This document shows, one piece after another, positions 27,595 through 41,639 of a stretch of DNA of 64,000 bases (its first letter is position 1; each line of letters starts with the position of its first letter). Below the pieces are notes generated by a model that was not told where the DNA came from, made no database searches, and saw nothing but the letters and a program-made list of their open reading frames with translations. Both the position numbers and the translations under genes were made by a program. Source of the stretch: Eledone cirrhosa (lineage: Eukaryota); contig OZ024743.1 in the NCBI GenBank assembly GCA_964016885.1, positions 117,118,001 through 117,182,000 on the forward strand, read 5' to 3'.

Positions 27595-30500
27595 ATCCCA
27601 GGGTTAAGGCGGAATCACTGACAGCAGAACAAATTAAAGAAAGGATCGAAAAAGTGGAAGGCGTGAATGCTCAAGATGAAACTCAAAATTAAATCAATGA
27701 GATCGTCAATGATAAGGAAATGAATGAGAATGAACTCGCCGACTTGAAGAATGAAATTATGATCGAATGGATGAAAATGAAAGAATCTGATATGGGGGAA
27801 CGAGACACTCTCCCTAAGATCCAGAACTCCAACCAAAACCAAAGGATAATACACAAGACTAACATAACTCTCAAAATCATTTTCATCACAAATAAACTAA
27901 ACATTACTGATCTAAATCATCTCTATTATGCATCGGCTAAAGTCACCAATCACTGATGTGGAGTAAAAATGAAAAAAACAAAGGAATCCCCCCAAAAAAC
28001 CTACTTCGCAAGAGAACATCAATCGCCAAATAAACCTTTTCCAATCTGACATAGAAATTTTAGTAAACTACAAAGTAGGTGAACATGTTAAACAAACTAA
28101 ACTTAGAAAATTGAAAAGAAAATACAGTATAAAATCAACAAGTGACAAAGACATGCCGATAGAAACAATCAAGCAAAAAGTGTCGGACAAAGGAGCTCGT
28201 ATAAGGTGCTTTGAAAAACGATCTAGATGTTCAAAAACAACCAAAGAAGCTTCTACAGAAAAATTTGCGAGTCAACAATAACCACCCGAGGAGGAAGTGC
28301 AAGAATTCTGGGAAAAGATCTGGGCCGAAGAAAAAGTTCATAATATACACACCCCATGGATAGACAGACAAATGAAAGATACAGCTCACCTTGAGGAACA
28401 AACAGGGAAAATATAACAGTTGAACATCTGCGTTTAGCTCTTAGAAAGTCCAGCAAATGGAAATCCCCAGGGAAAGACAAAATACCAAATTTTTGGATAA
28501 ATGCCTTTACAGCGTCTCATGAGCTGTTAGCCCAAATTTATAATGAAATGGTTAAGGAGCCAGAAAAGATACCATCATGGCTAGTTAGCCTCATTACATT
28601 CCTACTTCGGAAGAATGATGAAACAAACAATCCCAAAAATTACAGACCGATAACTTGCTTGACCACAATGTATAACATTTTAACATCAGTCCTAAATGAA
28701 TATACATATGAGCACCTGATAACAAATGATCTATTTCCCAATGAGCAGAAATGGTGTAAACGAGGCTCATATGGCTGTAAGGATCAGCTATTGGTTAACA
28801 AAATGATACTGGAAGATTGTCATAATAGACACAAAAATCTATCAATTGCTTGTATAGATTATAAAAAAGCATTTGATAGTTTGCCACACAGTTGGATTGA
28901 AAAGTGTTTAGAGATTTTCAAAATATCTCCCGTTGTCAAGAGGTTCCTGTCATTCAGTATTAAGTAATGGTAAATGACACTCCTTTCGAATAGTGAAAAC
29001 AATCACTGGAAGCTGGAGAAGTTAATATTAATTGTGGAATTTTTCAGGATGACTCTTTATCACCGCTTTTATTCTGCATCGCACTTATACCATTAAGTAA
29101 AATGCTCAATGAAACAAAACATGGATATAAAGTCTATGACAAAAACAATTAATCAGTTGTTCTACATGGATGACCTGAACCTATTTGCAAAAATGATGAG
29201 CAATTGCAAGGGCTATTATCCACTGTGAAGCAGTTTAGTGATGGTATTAAAATGGAGTTTGGACTAGACAAATGCGCCAAAGCCACGTTCACCAGAGGAA
29301 AGCTGCTGAAAAGTTCAGACATTAATCTTGATCGGGGGAATGTTATAAGATATCTTGACCAAGAGGAAACTTACAGATATCTAGGTGCATGTGAAGGCGA
29401 CGGAATCAAGCACACGACAATGAGGGAAAGGATAAGGAAGGAATGTTACCGCAGAGTAAGAGCAATCTTAAGAACGGAATTAAATGCAAGGAATATGATC
29501 GATGCCATAAACACGCTTGCCATACCAGTAGTAACCTACAGTTACAATATCATCAACTGCTCAAGCACAGAGATCTGTAGGCTTGATACACAAATTAGAA
29601 AATTCTTAACCATACACAGAATGCATCACCCTAAGGCAGATACAGATAGAATATATCTCCCTAGGAAAGAAGGAGGACGTGGATTAATCCAGTTAGATAT
29701 TGCTTTAAAAACTGCAACAATTGGATTATCTACATATCTAAGGGAGGCACATGATTGGATGATCAAACTCGTTTTGAAACATGAAAGCATCAAAAGATCA
29801 TATTCCATTACAAAAGATGCACAAAGATACAGTAATGAACTACAAATTTCAGAAGTTCCATTTACTGCTGAAATGAAAAACACTGAAAAGGCGAAGCAAT
29901 TAAACGTAACTGCAAAGAAAGAACTGCTACAGAAACTGGCTAAGAAATGGCAAGAAATGCCTCTGTATGGAAAATACCCGGAAAGAGCTAACAATCATGA
30001 TGTTGACAAAACTTTAACCCCTCAGTGGTTGGCATCCTCTGAACTGAAATCGAAGACTGAAGGACTGATTATATCAGCACAAGATGAGTGTCTGCCAACA
30101 AAAAATTATGAAGCCAAAATAATAAAAAAAATGGATGCAACCCATTATGCCGTGTATGTAAAAGAACAACCAGAGACCATTGAGCATATAATTTCAATGT
30201 GCAATCCAATAGCTCCAACCGAATACCTAAACAGGCACGACAGAACTGCACAATACATACATTGGATAATGTGTAAGCATTTTGACCTGCCCCATCAAAA
30301 GAATTGGTGAGAGCATCAACCACCTCCCATACTTGAAAAAGATCACATCTCAATCTTGTGGAACTTTAGCATCCAAACAAACCGAAACATAGTTACAAAT
30401 AGACCTGATATAATACTGAAGGACTTTAAAAAGAGGGTATGCCTGCTAATTGATATGTCCGTTCCAATAGACAAGAATGTATCTATAAAAACATTTGAAA

Positions 30501-30830
30501 AATTGAGACCTGGAGAAAGAAATTGGAAAAATGTGGAAGTTGAGAACTAAAACAATACCAGTGGTTATAGGCGCTCTAGGAGTGATACCTAAGTGTTCTA
30601 ATGATTACTTATCGCAAATCTCAGGAAACCCGCGTATAGGAGAAATACAAAAGATAGTATTAATGGGAACTGCCCATATACTAAGGAAGATTCTGTCAAT
30701 ATATGTACATCACAAGTCTAAACACCTAAAGATGCATGTGTGTGTATGTATGTTCTTTCTTGAACATGGCGGACCTTGTTGTCTCTTGGGATCACTGGTT
30801 GAACATAAAGCAAGATAAATGCAACTGTAA
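27595..30830 (+). mobile_element. R4/Dong-type RLE LINE, decayed (RT, CCHC zinc finger, RLE)
   Basis: KSPGKD, NYRPITCL, IDYKKAFDS, GIFQDDSLSP, FYMDDL, MEFGLDKCA, RKEGGRGL, ETIEHIISMC, NRPDII, IPVVIGALG; flanked by (AAT)n. Confidence 0.9.
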
Positions 30831-30840
30831 TAATAATAAT

Positions 30841-31060
30841 AATTGTTTCTACTTTAGGCACAAGGCCGGCAATTTAATTGAGAGGAGAAAGTCGATTAAA
30901 TAGACCCCATTTCATTATAGGTGCTTTATTTTATCGACCCAGTTAGGATGAAATGCAAAGCTAAGTTCGGCAGGATTGGAACTCAGAAATTAAAGGGCCG
31001 CAACTCTATTCCACAAAGCATTTTGTCCGACACTCAAACAATACTGCCAATCCGCCGCCC
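30841..31060 (-). mobile_element. tRNA-derived SINE (older variant) at the (AAT)n tail of the Dong copy
   Basis: Same family: ttggcagtattg, gagttccaatcc, ttcatcct, gtcgataaaataaag, gccttgtgcctaaagtagaaacaatt. Confidence 0.75.
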
Positions 31061-31399
31061 AAAGCTGCGAGAAAAATACTCGATAATTGATATAGGTAAC
31101 GTAAGCACATAATAAATTAGCATAGATTTTCATTTAATGATTTAACATCACTAAACTGTAAGATGTCTTACATGAGCATCAGAATAGTTATTCATATTTG
31201 GTTGCAGATTAATGAATTTTAGACGTAAAAAAAACCTCGCTCTTGTAAGCCTAATCTGTTATAATTGCATTTATAGAAACATGGGAATGTAAGTAACAAC
31301 GGTTCAACCACTACACTAACTTTTATGTATTTGGTAATATTATTTACATTTCTTAATGTTGGTGGATACACAAATCCTTAGAGAGACGGACACATCATT

Positions 31400-31565
31400 A
31401 GCAGTATATGTTCTTGCTCTTTACTTTCTGGGTTCAAATCCTTTCGAGTCCAACGTTGCCTTTCATCCTTCCGGTGTCGATAAAATAAATTACCTACCAT
31501 GTACTGAAGTCGATGTAATCGATTTTTTCTACTCACAAATTGTTGGCCTTGTGCCTAAATTTCAG
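31400..31565 (+). mobile_element. Decayed SINE
   Basis: ggttcaaatcc...ttgcctttcatccttccggtgtcgataaaata...ttggccttgtgcctaaa. Confidence 0.6.
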
Positions 31566-31696
31566 GTATTCTTTCAAGAGATATTCAGTAACTGCAATCT
31601 CTATTTTGACAGTGTAACAAACCTGCCATGTATGCGCATTTTCTCTAGTTCCTCGTCGTGCAATTTAAATTCTTACCTTACTGTTCCAAGTTGATT

Positions 31697-31731
<35 letters not shown>

Positions 31732-31831
31732 CCTGACAATGATTTAAGGGAGTTAGTTACTTAGAAATATGACACATATATATATAGAATCATTAGAACA
31801 TCTGACTGATAACATGAGAAGTCAGTCAATC

Positions 31832-32492
31832 TTATTGGTGGCCTCCCCACCGCCCGGCGGACAAAATGGAGAAGGCGTTTCCCCTGAGGACGGCAAGGGA
31901 GACGCGCTGGAAAAGCCATTCGAGCTCTCGAGGCTCACACCTGCGGCTGGCAAGCTCAGCACCTATGGTGGTGGGTAGGGAGGTAGCCCTAGGGCCGAGG
32001 ACACCAGAAGTCTCCACTGCCAAGGTTACAACCGCAAACTTGTCGGAGAGCGACCGGTATTAGAATAGTTTGGCCTCCTCAGCCCGACGTGCAGCAGAAC
32101 CTGGGTTAGTCGCAGACTGCACCAGGTTGCGACTGGGGAAAATGTCGGTGCATGTGGCATCCCAGACGAGGGGTTTGCCACCGCGGAACGGGAAGATGGT
32201 CATGCTATCTCATGCTATCTAGCCTTTTGCCGTCCCCTCAGTCAGGCTCCACCGGCTCGAGCTGGGAAGGGAAGCCTGCAGCGTCCAAGCCATGCTTTAT
32301 GACCTCTTTGAGGGCAGAATGGCGTGGAAGGCGGCCGACACTGTGGCGACAGGAAAGCGGGTGGAGGCCGAAAGAGTCCACGGTGGATCCAAAGCGACAT
32401 TGGTGCGGCTCGCAGATCCGGAAGCCAAGCCTCCAGGAAACGCCGATGCACAGGCTATTGTTATCCAGCTACGTGACTGTAGAGAAGGAGGG

Positions 32493-32495
<3 letters not shown>
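31832..32495 (-). mobile_element. CRE-clade RLE retrotransposon 3' fragment
   Basis: Minus strand: PLVWDATCTDIF, AEEAK, AVETSGVLG, WLFQRVSLAVLRGNA, typical of a CRE-type restriction-like endonuclease C-terminus. Confidence 0.75.
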
Positions 32496-32561
<66 letters not shown>

Positions 32562-33129
32562 TTACGATCAAATTCTTTCCAGCTTTTCGTTTATATAATT
32601 GCAGTAAAGTTTAAAATGTCTTTATATCACTACATGTCAACGTAAATTTAAATAAGCCTGTTCTGACATGGAAGCTTATAAGGATTATTCAGGTTTGTTT
32701 AATTCTAACATGTTTACTTTGATTGAAATTTGAATATATGTCTGAAAAATTGTAAAGCTGCTCTTTATACTGTTTCAGTAAATCACTCTACATCAGTAAG
32801 AAACACAGTTCATACATTCATTTTGATGATATTTTGAATCAACAAAAACGCCAGTAACATCAACAACAGCAGCAACAATGTTTATTTGTATTATTATAAT
32901 AATAATAATTATTATTATTATTGGTCTAACAGGACGTATTTTGCTCGCTCACAGTAAGTCGCTTTATTTGCCTGTTAAAATTATTTGTTGTTAAATATTT
33001 CTTGTTGTGTAAGGGATATAAGCCCTTAGACTTTGCCCCGTGAAGGGGAAAGTATAATATTTGGGCCTTTTGGCCTAAATATTTGAACTTTTTTTTACAT
33101 GTTAAAAAAGTTTCGAAGAAAAAAAAAAC

Positions 33130-34452
33130 ATGGCTGAGCCACGCTCCCCAGCGATATGTCGGCTGTCGTGCGACAACGACGTAGAAGTTGAGAGGAGCGC
33201 TACAGCGAAATTAACACACATTGATAACACAAACACCACCACAAACAAGGTAAACAAAGACAACAATGATACCAATAAGATACCACATGGGAACAATAAC
33301 GGCCCGTCTCCGCATTCACAGAATCCCACCAGGACTTGACATGGTGGCTTCTGGGATGTGTGATTGTGGAGGGGACGGATACAGTCCCTATAGAAGTGAC
33401 CAGAACGGCCAGAGAGGACTGGTCCGGGGTTGACCTCCAGATCAAGCCCGAGAATGTGAAGACTATCCTAGACCACATCCGCCTTCAGAATGGGACGGTC
33501 ATTCACATTATGACCGAAGGCAAAAGGGCGCAGTGTTTTGTTTGTGGGAAAAAAACCCATTTGCGAGCCTTCTGCCCTCAACTGCTGAAAGAGGCAAGGG
33601 GTTAAAGGCTCCACTGCTGCCGACGCCGGGGCGAGGACCGCAACCAACACCAACACCGGCAAAACCACCAACAACAACACCAATAGAAAGACCACCACCA
33701 ACATTGACCACCCAGGGGGGAAACGAGGAAAGCTGTCAAATTCCCCCTCCCCCCCAAAATACACACACCAATAAAACCATAAACATACATACAGACACAC
33801 TTACAGACACAAACCCTTCATCTACCAGTAGTGAAAATGAGGGAAATCCCAAATCCCCCAAAATACAAAAAAGGAAACACAAAAAGAAGCACAAAAGCAC
33901 AAAAGCATCCACAATAAAAGACGCAGACACCACCCACGCAAACATCTCTCCAATAACACCAACATCAACACCACCATCACCATCACCAGAATCCCCCAAA
34001 CGCAAACTACCGAAACAGACGCAAGAACAAATATACACACAAACATCTGAAACCACAGACACCATACTCAAAACAAACACAGTTACAACCGAAACAACAC
34101 CACCAAAACCATCACCACCACAGCCACGCAAACAGATACAATCACACCAACAAAACATACAACACTTCGTGCTCGTCCGGAGGGCCAACAAGGAACTGAT
34201 GGCTCTCGAAGTGAAAATATACAAAAAGAAGGGGAAATTTTTAAATCGAGCACATTTCGCGTGCCGGAAGATTTGGTTCTAGTGCGAAAGTCGCTCGACA
34301 TATTCAAAGAAATACGAGACAGCTTTCCTCGGGACGTGGGAACCCCGAACGTAAAACCCACTTCAAGACTTTTAAAGGGGTTCCCAAAAGAAACCCCACT
34401 AACAATGGAGATCGAACAACCCGACCTTCACAAGAGCCTGGAATTTAAGTAA
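33130..34452 (+). pseudogene. Tx1 ORF1 (gag-like, CCHC knuckle), disrupted
   Basis: CFVCGKKTHLRAFCP knuckle followed by a Pro/Thr/Lys-rich region; frameshifted, with an internal deletion relative to copy 1. Confidence 0.75.
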
Positions 34453-34483
34453 ACCTTCCTCTCTCTCTGTTTAACCTGCCAAC

Positions 34484-37400
34484 ATGGCCGTATTAAGAGT
34501 AGGATGTTTAAATGTTCGAGGCCTGGGATCGTTCTGGAAGCAGGGTCACCTGCTCAAGGACCTCAGGTCTATAGAAATGGATGTAATTGCAGTCAGCGAG
34601 ACCAGGATTGCCGACACGCGCGCACTAGCCCCCATTTTCGACGACTATCAGATCTTTGCATTTGTTAGCCAGCCGGAAATGGGAGGCGGGGTGGCAGTGC
34701 TGTTTAGGAAAGGCCTGGATCTCGAGGTAAGGTCGATCTTCCGGGACCCGGACGGGAAGTTGGTGGTCCTGGGCGTGAACAATAATGAAGGTGGTGCCTT
34801 TAGACTGGTGGCCGTCTATGCTCCTACTGGGGCAGGACGGCCGGACATATTTAGACGCCTGGAAGCCTTTCTGTCCACGTTTTGAAACGGTTGCCTATTC
34901 AGATCGCAAGTTTGTGATCTGTATGGTTGACCTAGATAAGACGCGTAGGTTAGGACCTGGTTACTGGAAGCTAAAATATCATTTCCGGTACGTACGGCTT
35001 ACAGGGACCAGGTCAACAATTTAGTTAAGAAAAGGTTGACAGGGGGAGTCGCCAACAATATATGGTGGTGGGGGGGGGGGGGCTCTCAAAAGAGAGATTA
35101 GAGTAATGTCGATAGAGTTTAGCAAAGAAGTAGCATTAGAGAAAAATAGAAAGGAGGGGGAGTTGGAGGATAAGTTAGACGAGGCTATTGGTAGTGGCAT
35201 TGCAACTGATGTGCTAGCGGCTAGAATGGCATTAGACCATTTCTTCAATGCGAAACACGAAGGTTGCATTGTCAGAGCTAAGGCGCGTACTCTGAGAAAC
35301 GAGGGAACCAAAGCTGTTCGATGGGCCCGCGTGGCAGAAGCGCAGCGTGGTAATAAAACTATGATTCGGTCTTCGACGGACCGAGACGGGCACGAGCTGA
35401 GCGATTCCAAGAGGATGTGTGAGGCCTTTCGCCAACATTTTGCTCGGTTGTTCGGGGGAAGTGGCGGGTCAGAGATGGTGGCGGACTTCAGTCCCTACCT
35501 CGATGGCTTGCCGCAACTCTCGACGGTTGACGCTGGGCGCTGCGAAAGGCCAATTACTTCAGCGGAGATTCAGGATGCCCTTGTAGGCTGCATGAGGCGC
35601 AAGTCACCCGGTTTGGATGGTCTGCCCTACGAGCTTTACGTAAATATGCCAGACTTGTTCTCCAATCTCCTCGAAGCCCTCCACTGCAACTGGCAGCAAA
35701 ACGGGAGTATTCCCAGTTCTGTGATCCGGGACGTAGTGACGCTGATAAGGAAAGACGAGAACAAGAGGGACACATTAGACAATTTCTGGCCCATAACTCT
35801 GCTCAACACAGAGTTTAAGATTTTGGCCAGGGTGTTAGCGAAGAGGTTGGCGCTTGTCGTCGGGCATTTGGTTGGGGAGGCGCAAACTTGCGCAATCCCA
35901 ACCAGGTCCATACACGACAACCTCCACCTAATGCGATACATCATAGAGAGGGTAGGGTGTAAACCTGGCTTCGGTGGGACTCTTATCAATTTAGATCAAT
36001 CGAAAGCATTCGATAGGGTCGACCACCGGTACCTGGAGGCTGTCCTCAAAGCGGCTGGCTTCAGCCCCTCTTCAGAAGCTGGATCGCTGCAATGCACAGC
36101 GGCACCTGCTCGATGGTCAAAATTAATGGCCACCCCTCGGAACCGTTTCGGGTCTCCCGATCGGTCCGTCAAGGGTGCCCTCTCTCCTCTCTTCTGTACG
36201 TATTGACTCTCGAGCCTTTACTGTGGAAGCTGGAGCTGTTGCAGGGCATCCCGCTCGAACCGGGACGCGGAAAGGCTGTGTCGGCTTATGCGGACGACAT
36301 CACCGTGATGGTGTCGGACACCTCAGAAATCGAGGTGGTCGGCAACTTATTGGAGGAATATGAAAGGTTGACGGGAGCAAAACTTAACCCGGAAAAGTCA
36401 GTAGGCTTGCAACTCGGCACCTGGAGAGGCAAGTCCATGCCGTCCAACAGCGTCGTTAGGCGCTGGACGGACGGACCGGTAAAGTTGCTAGGGGTTTGTT
36501 TCGGGCCAGATCTCCAGGTGGATAAGAATTGGGACGAGGTGACGGGCAGGGTAGTCAGTCTCACCCAGAAATGGACTGGGATGAAGCTATCACTGAAAGG
36601 TCGGGCGGAGGTGGCGAACGCGTACATCGCGTCCGTCATCTACTACCGTCTGACTGTCGTCCCTTGCCCCCGTTCGCGCCTCGCCATCTTGGAGCGGCTC
36701 CTCTTCAAATGCTTGTGGAGGGGTCAGGTTCCGCTGATGAGGCGGTCCATCTGCTGCCAGCACCCTCTACGTGGAGGGCTGGGCATGCCGTGGCTAATGA
36801 TGCGCAGGCACGCGCTGAGGCTGCGGCATCTCCAGATATTCTGCCTAAACGGTGAACATGTGTGGTCGCCGTTTGTCAGACGGGCCTTTCCGCAGGTCGT
36901 TTCTTTGTCTGAGTTGCAGTCCTGGGTCAAGAAGAGACCGAGACTGTGTGACTGGCATCTGGAATGTTGCCAGGCACTTACTGCCCTCTACCAGGCGGGC
37001 AATGCGGTCAGTGGAACTTCTACTCTCGAGTTCTATAGAGGATTAGTGGTGGGAAGGTGTGACGACGCACTCGGAGAGGCTCTGGTAGTCAACGAAGTCG
37101 AACTAACCAGTTTGTACCGAAGGACTTTCGAGCCGGGGACGATGGATAATTTCCAAAAATCCCTCGCTTGGCAGTGCTACCGGGGGGCACTGCCGGTTCG
37201 AGATAAACTCTACAGGCACGGAAGTGCTGTCAGACGGACCTGCTCGAGATGCGCGCAGAGCGACGAAACCGTTCTGCACGTACTCGTCCAATGTCCGTGC
37301 ATTACTGACTTGTGGAGTTATGTTGAACAGCTGTTGTCGCGTGTAGAACGGATCCGGCTATCGGCCGAGTCCATAGTGAAATCGCCCCGCCGCCTTCTTT

Positions 37401-37665
37401 TGGCCAGGAAGGGCAGGCAATTTTCCTCTGTCTGGTGGCAGTAGCGAAAGAGGTTGTATGGTGGACGAGGTTGAAAGGACTGAAGACAGACACTTTTCTC
37501 TTCGGCCAATCCCTCATCAATTTTTTCAAGTTTCACTTGGAAAAGAAGGTGAGGGTGGATAGAGAAGTGCTGCCCCCCCCCCCCCCCAGTACATTTGCTG
37601 AAAGGTGGGTGAATGTGGCGAGAATGGCCCGCGTGAGTGGGCCTACTCTGGTTATGCGGCTGTAG
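34484..37665 (+). pseudogene. Tx1 ORF2 (APE endonuclease + reverse transcriptase), disrupted
   Basis: GCLNVRGL, AVSET, GGGVAVL, VAVYAP, KSPGLDGLPYELY, WPITLLN, LDQSKAFDRV, SVRQGCPLS, AYADD, GGLGMP, CSRC..DETVLHVLVQC; stops and frameshifts; APE partly deleted. Confidence 0.9.
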
Positions 37666-39504
37666 GTAGGTAAATTTGAAGAGGAGAGGGGTGCCCTTCC
37701 AGGGTGCTCTCGAAGCGTCGGGTCGTTCAGGACTAGTGGGGTACCTGAGCGAACCCTAGGTAGTCATCCCCCCTATTGGGGAATTTTTTCTTGTAATTTT
37801 ATTGTAACTTTATTGTTACTTTGTTTATTCATATTGTTTACTCGATTCTTCTGTAAAACCCCACTGTCACAGTCTTTTGTATTGTCCCCTATATGTCGGC
37901 CCTTGTGGCCAATAAATGAAATCATTATTATTATTATTATTATTATTAGAAGAAGAAGAAGAAGAAGAAGAAGAAGCCAATGTGAATATGTTTGTAAGAA
38001 AGAGAATCAGGAAAAAAGGACGCGATAGACTGGAAATCAACCCCTAACGTTTTAGCATATATGTGTACATTGGATAAATTAGCTAAGCGATATTTATATT
38101 ACGGATTAGTCAGAGAAGAAAGGGCAGAGTCTATTATTATTTTGAAGGGCTTCTGAGACTGGTGAGACGAAAAAGGAGAAGAAACATCACATGAAAATCT
38201 GATTAGAAACCTTGTAACATGGCAGACATCGTTAAAGGTCCCCTAGGACAAGACGAGGATGTTACCTTGGGCGACGGATTAAGCATACTACTAAAGAACA
38301 GGGCTAATATCCGAGGGCTTCTGCACAGTTTCTGTCTACTTAAGTTCACCTAAGAGATTTGGATTTATCCCTGAATTTTGGTAACAAATGCTGTTGCCCC
38401 GGTGAATCGTATAAGAAACTATAAGAATGCAAGGGTAACTCATTAACTAAATGGCTAAGCATTATTAGAAGCAAATGTGATAATTCCTGGAATATATTTC
38501 GATTTTCTTTCTCAGCCCTGGAAATATCTATTATCTAAGCATCACACTCATGACTATAGTGCTTATTATCTGACAATGTATTCATACATTATCCAAAGCA
38601 CTTTTTTAGAAATTATTTGGTATGAATACATGGTATTTAGAGGCTATTTTTTTTTCAAGTTCCATTATTAGCTCATATAATTAGTAGTAAATATTATATC
38701 GATCTTTACAAGAATGAAAGGAAAATAAATCATCTTCTGAGTGTGATCCGATCTACAACACCATAAGGTCGAATCTAAACGAAACACTAAAATGCATGTA
38801 ATCTGGTGCTCTACTGTTGCAACCATCTGTACCAACATCTTGAAGCCATGTTAATAGTAATACTAAACAAGCTTCTAAACGCAACATCGTAATTCATTGA
38901 TAAAAAAACAACCCACAAACGACAAAAGAAAAATATGTGTAAACCAAAAATAAAACGACTAAACAAAAAACAAAAACAAAGCTCGATTTTAATAGTTCTA
39001 TTAGAATCAATGTCTCCTGTTGCTCTATGTCTCATTAGATATTATAAATGGTTTCGTTATTACGGATGTGATCAATTATTCATCGAATGAAGAATATTCC
39101 CAAATGACTCATAAAAGCCAAAATATATCATTTAACTATTTGGTGTATAACATCAAAAATAAAAATAAAACGAACATAAAAATAAAGTAAACAACGTTTA
39201 TTCTCAAACTAATATTATGTATGGTTAACATTCCCGCTTTTGTTTTTCATGTTTTTAAATGTTTTTTTAATATCGTGATTGCATTTATGTATTTCAACGC
39301 AGTGAAATGTAGCAGTAACCATTACTTTTTTTTTAATTTTAAATTATGTATGCAGAGAAAGAAATATATTTATCCTAGGCAGTTAAAAACAAACTGACTA
39401 AATACGATGCATTTTGTTTTTAATTTTGTCCATCTCTGGTTTTGAGTTGAAGTCAAGCCGGGGCTCACCCTTGCCAGTCATTTTCCTCTCAAAGCGTCAA
39501 TAAA

Positions 39505-39577
39505 ATAATTGTTTCTACTTTAGGCACAAGGCCAGCAATTACCCAGTGCATTACTGGTACTTTATGTTATCGACCCC
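39505..39577 (-). mobile_element. 5'-truncated SINE
   Basis: aattgtttctactttaggcacaaggccagcaattacccagtgcattactggtactttatgttatcgacccc. Confidence 0.7.
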
Positions 39578-40066
39578 ACGTGTATAATACACTAGAGGTA
39601 TTTTGAAATGGCGAACGCAGCATGTTATAATTGTTTAGAATTTCGCGTCAAATAGTCCTGGGTTCGGTCTCACTGCATAGCATGTTGAGAAAACTTTTTC
39701 CCCACCATAGCCTCAGGTTGACATGAGCCTCCTAATAGGAAGTTCAGTACACAGAAGCTATTCGGATATCAGTTGGATGCGCTATACTTTTAATTGAAAG
39801 AAGCACCTTATCATCCACCATGTCATGCTGAATCTCCCTGAGGAATAATCAACCATTTACGCGACAAATTTATGAGTAAACTGTTCTGTTTATTAAACTA
39901 GTGTAACTCTCCTAATCGAAATCGACGAAGCTAATCTACTATATTATTTCACACCTTCTTTCGAAAATTTGATCATAAATCATCATAGGATGATTCAATT
40001 CTCTATCCACCTCTCTCTTGCTCTCTCACTCACACTCTCTCCCTATCTATCAGTGTCTATCTATCA

Positions 40067-40127
<61 letters not shown>

Positions 40128-40292
40128 GCTATCTCTTTCTTTTTCACATATCTGTGTGTTATATTGAGGCAAATAACTTTATGTATACTCTGGAATTTTT
40201 ACATAACCTTACTTATTAAGTACGCTGATATGCAACCAGTACTAACAGGGAAATATTATGCTAGTCCTGACAACTTATTCTTATATACATAT

Positions 40293-40351
<59 letters not shown>

Positions 40352-40352
40352 C

Positions 40353-40484
<132 letters not shown>

Positions 40485-41149
40485 AAAGAGAGAGAGATAG
40501 AGAGAGATGTATATATATAGCCAGTTAGCTAGATAGATACGAAGCTTTATAGCTACGGTCTTTTCTCTCTCAAATCTATGCTGTGATGAAACTTCATCAT
40601 GTTTACTACTTAACTTTGAAACAGAAAAAGAAACAAGTACAATGAAAGCAATTTCCAAAAGTAGAAGTATAAATTGAAGTATGAATAGGTAAATGCATGG
40701 CTGGAGTAAAAGAAAGGTACTGAGAATATAAAAAAGTAACACCGGCACTTCTCCCAAACCACCAGCATGACCAATAGTGTGTAAAATGATCAAATTGGAA
40801 TATATTTTCCTTTTTAGATGGAGAAGCATCCATATCGATATAAGCAGCAAGAACTTCCTCTAGCTACCAAACCTCAGTTGTCACTACTACTGATATATAT
40901 TTCAATGACGATTTAGATAACATAGGAGTTTGGAATCACGTTAATATGAACTCTAGTGTAGAATGAAACGTGAAAATATTAACCTTTTAGTGAGTGAATT
41001 CAGTAAACTTGCACAAAGAGAATACAAAAGTTGCACGCATTGTTCATTGGAAATTCTGTGTAAAATATAATTTGGACAGAGCTCATAGTGAGCACAACTT
41101 TGGAAGAAAACGAGGAAATATAATTGCGGAATATTAACATCCAATGTGG

Positions 41150-41475
41150 CCAAATGATTAAAGCTAGAAACCGGACATTATTGTTACATAAAAGCAGAAC
41201 AATGTACAATAATAGATATAACATCTCTGGTTGACAAAAGAGTGTTTGAGAAAGAACAAGAAAAGTTCGAGAAGTACCAATATATGAAAAGCAAAGTCAC
41301 GAAATTGTGAAGTATGAAAAGATTGCAATTGAACCAGTCGTAGTTGTCATTCTTGGTACAATGATTAAAAATGAAATCTTGGTTGGAGAAGATTAGGATT
41401 GAAACTCGACAAGAACTCTTATGGGATGTCACATTACTAGGGACCTCAGCTGTCTAAAAGGTACTCGAAATTAGA
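41150..41475 (+). mobile_element. Decayed R4/Dong RLE 3' fragment
   Basis: PDIIV, CTIIDITSLVDKRVFEKEQEKFEKY, PVVVVILG. Confidence 0.6.
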
Positions 41476-41639
41476 GCTGCTGAAAGACTTACGTTTTGTA
41501 CTATGAAAAAAACGGCATAAGATTGATCTTCGAAATGAATAACAACAACAAAAAAAATGCCACCACCAACACCATCAACAACAAAAACAACAACAGCAAC
41601 AGCAACATGTTAATGTCTATTCGTACCTTAATTGCCATA

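Larger units (their letters stand above)
32923..37923 (+). mobile_element. Tx1-clade LINE copy 2, near full length, decayed
   Basis: Starts right after (ATT)n, ends ...AATAAAtgaaatc(ATT)n; contains ORF1 and ORF2 (APE, RT, Cys motif). Confidence 0.92.
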
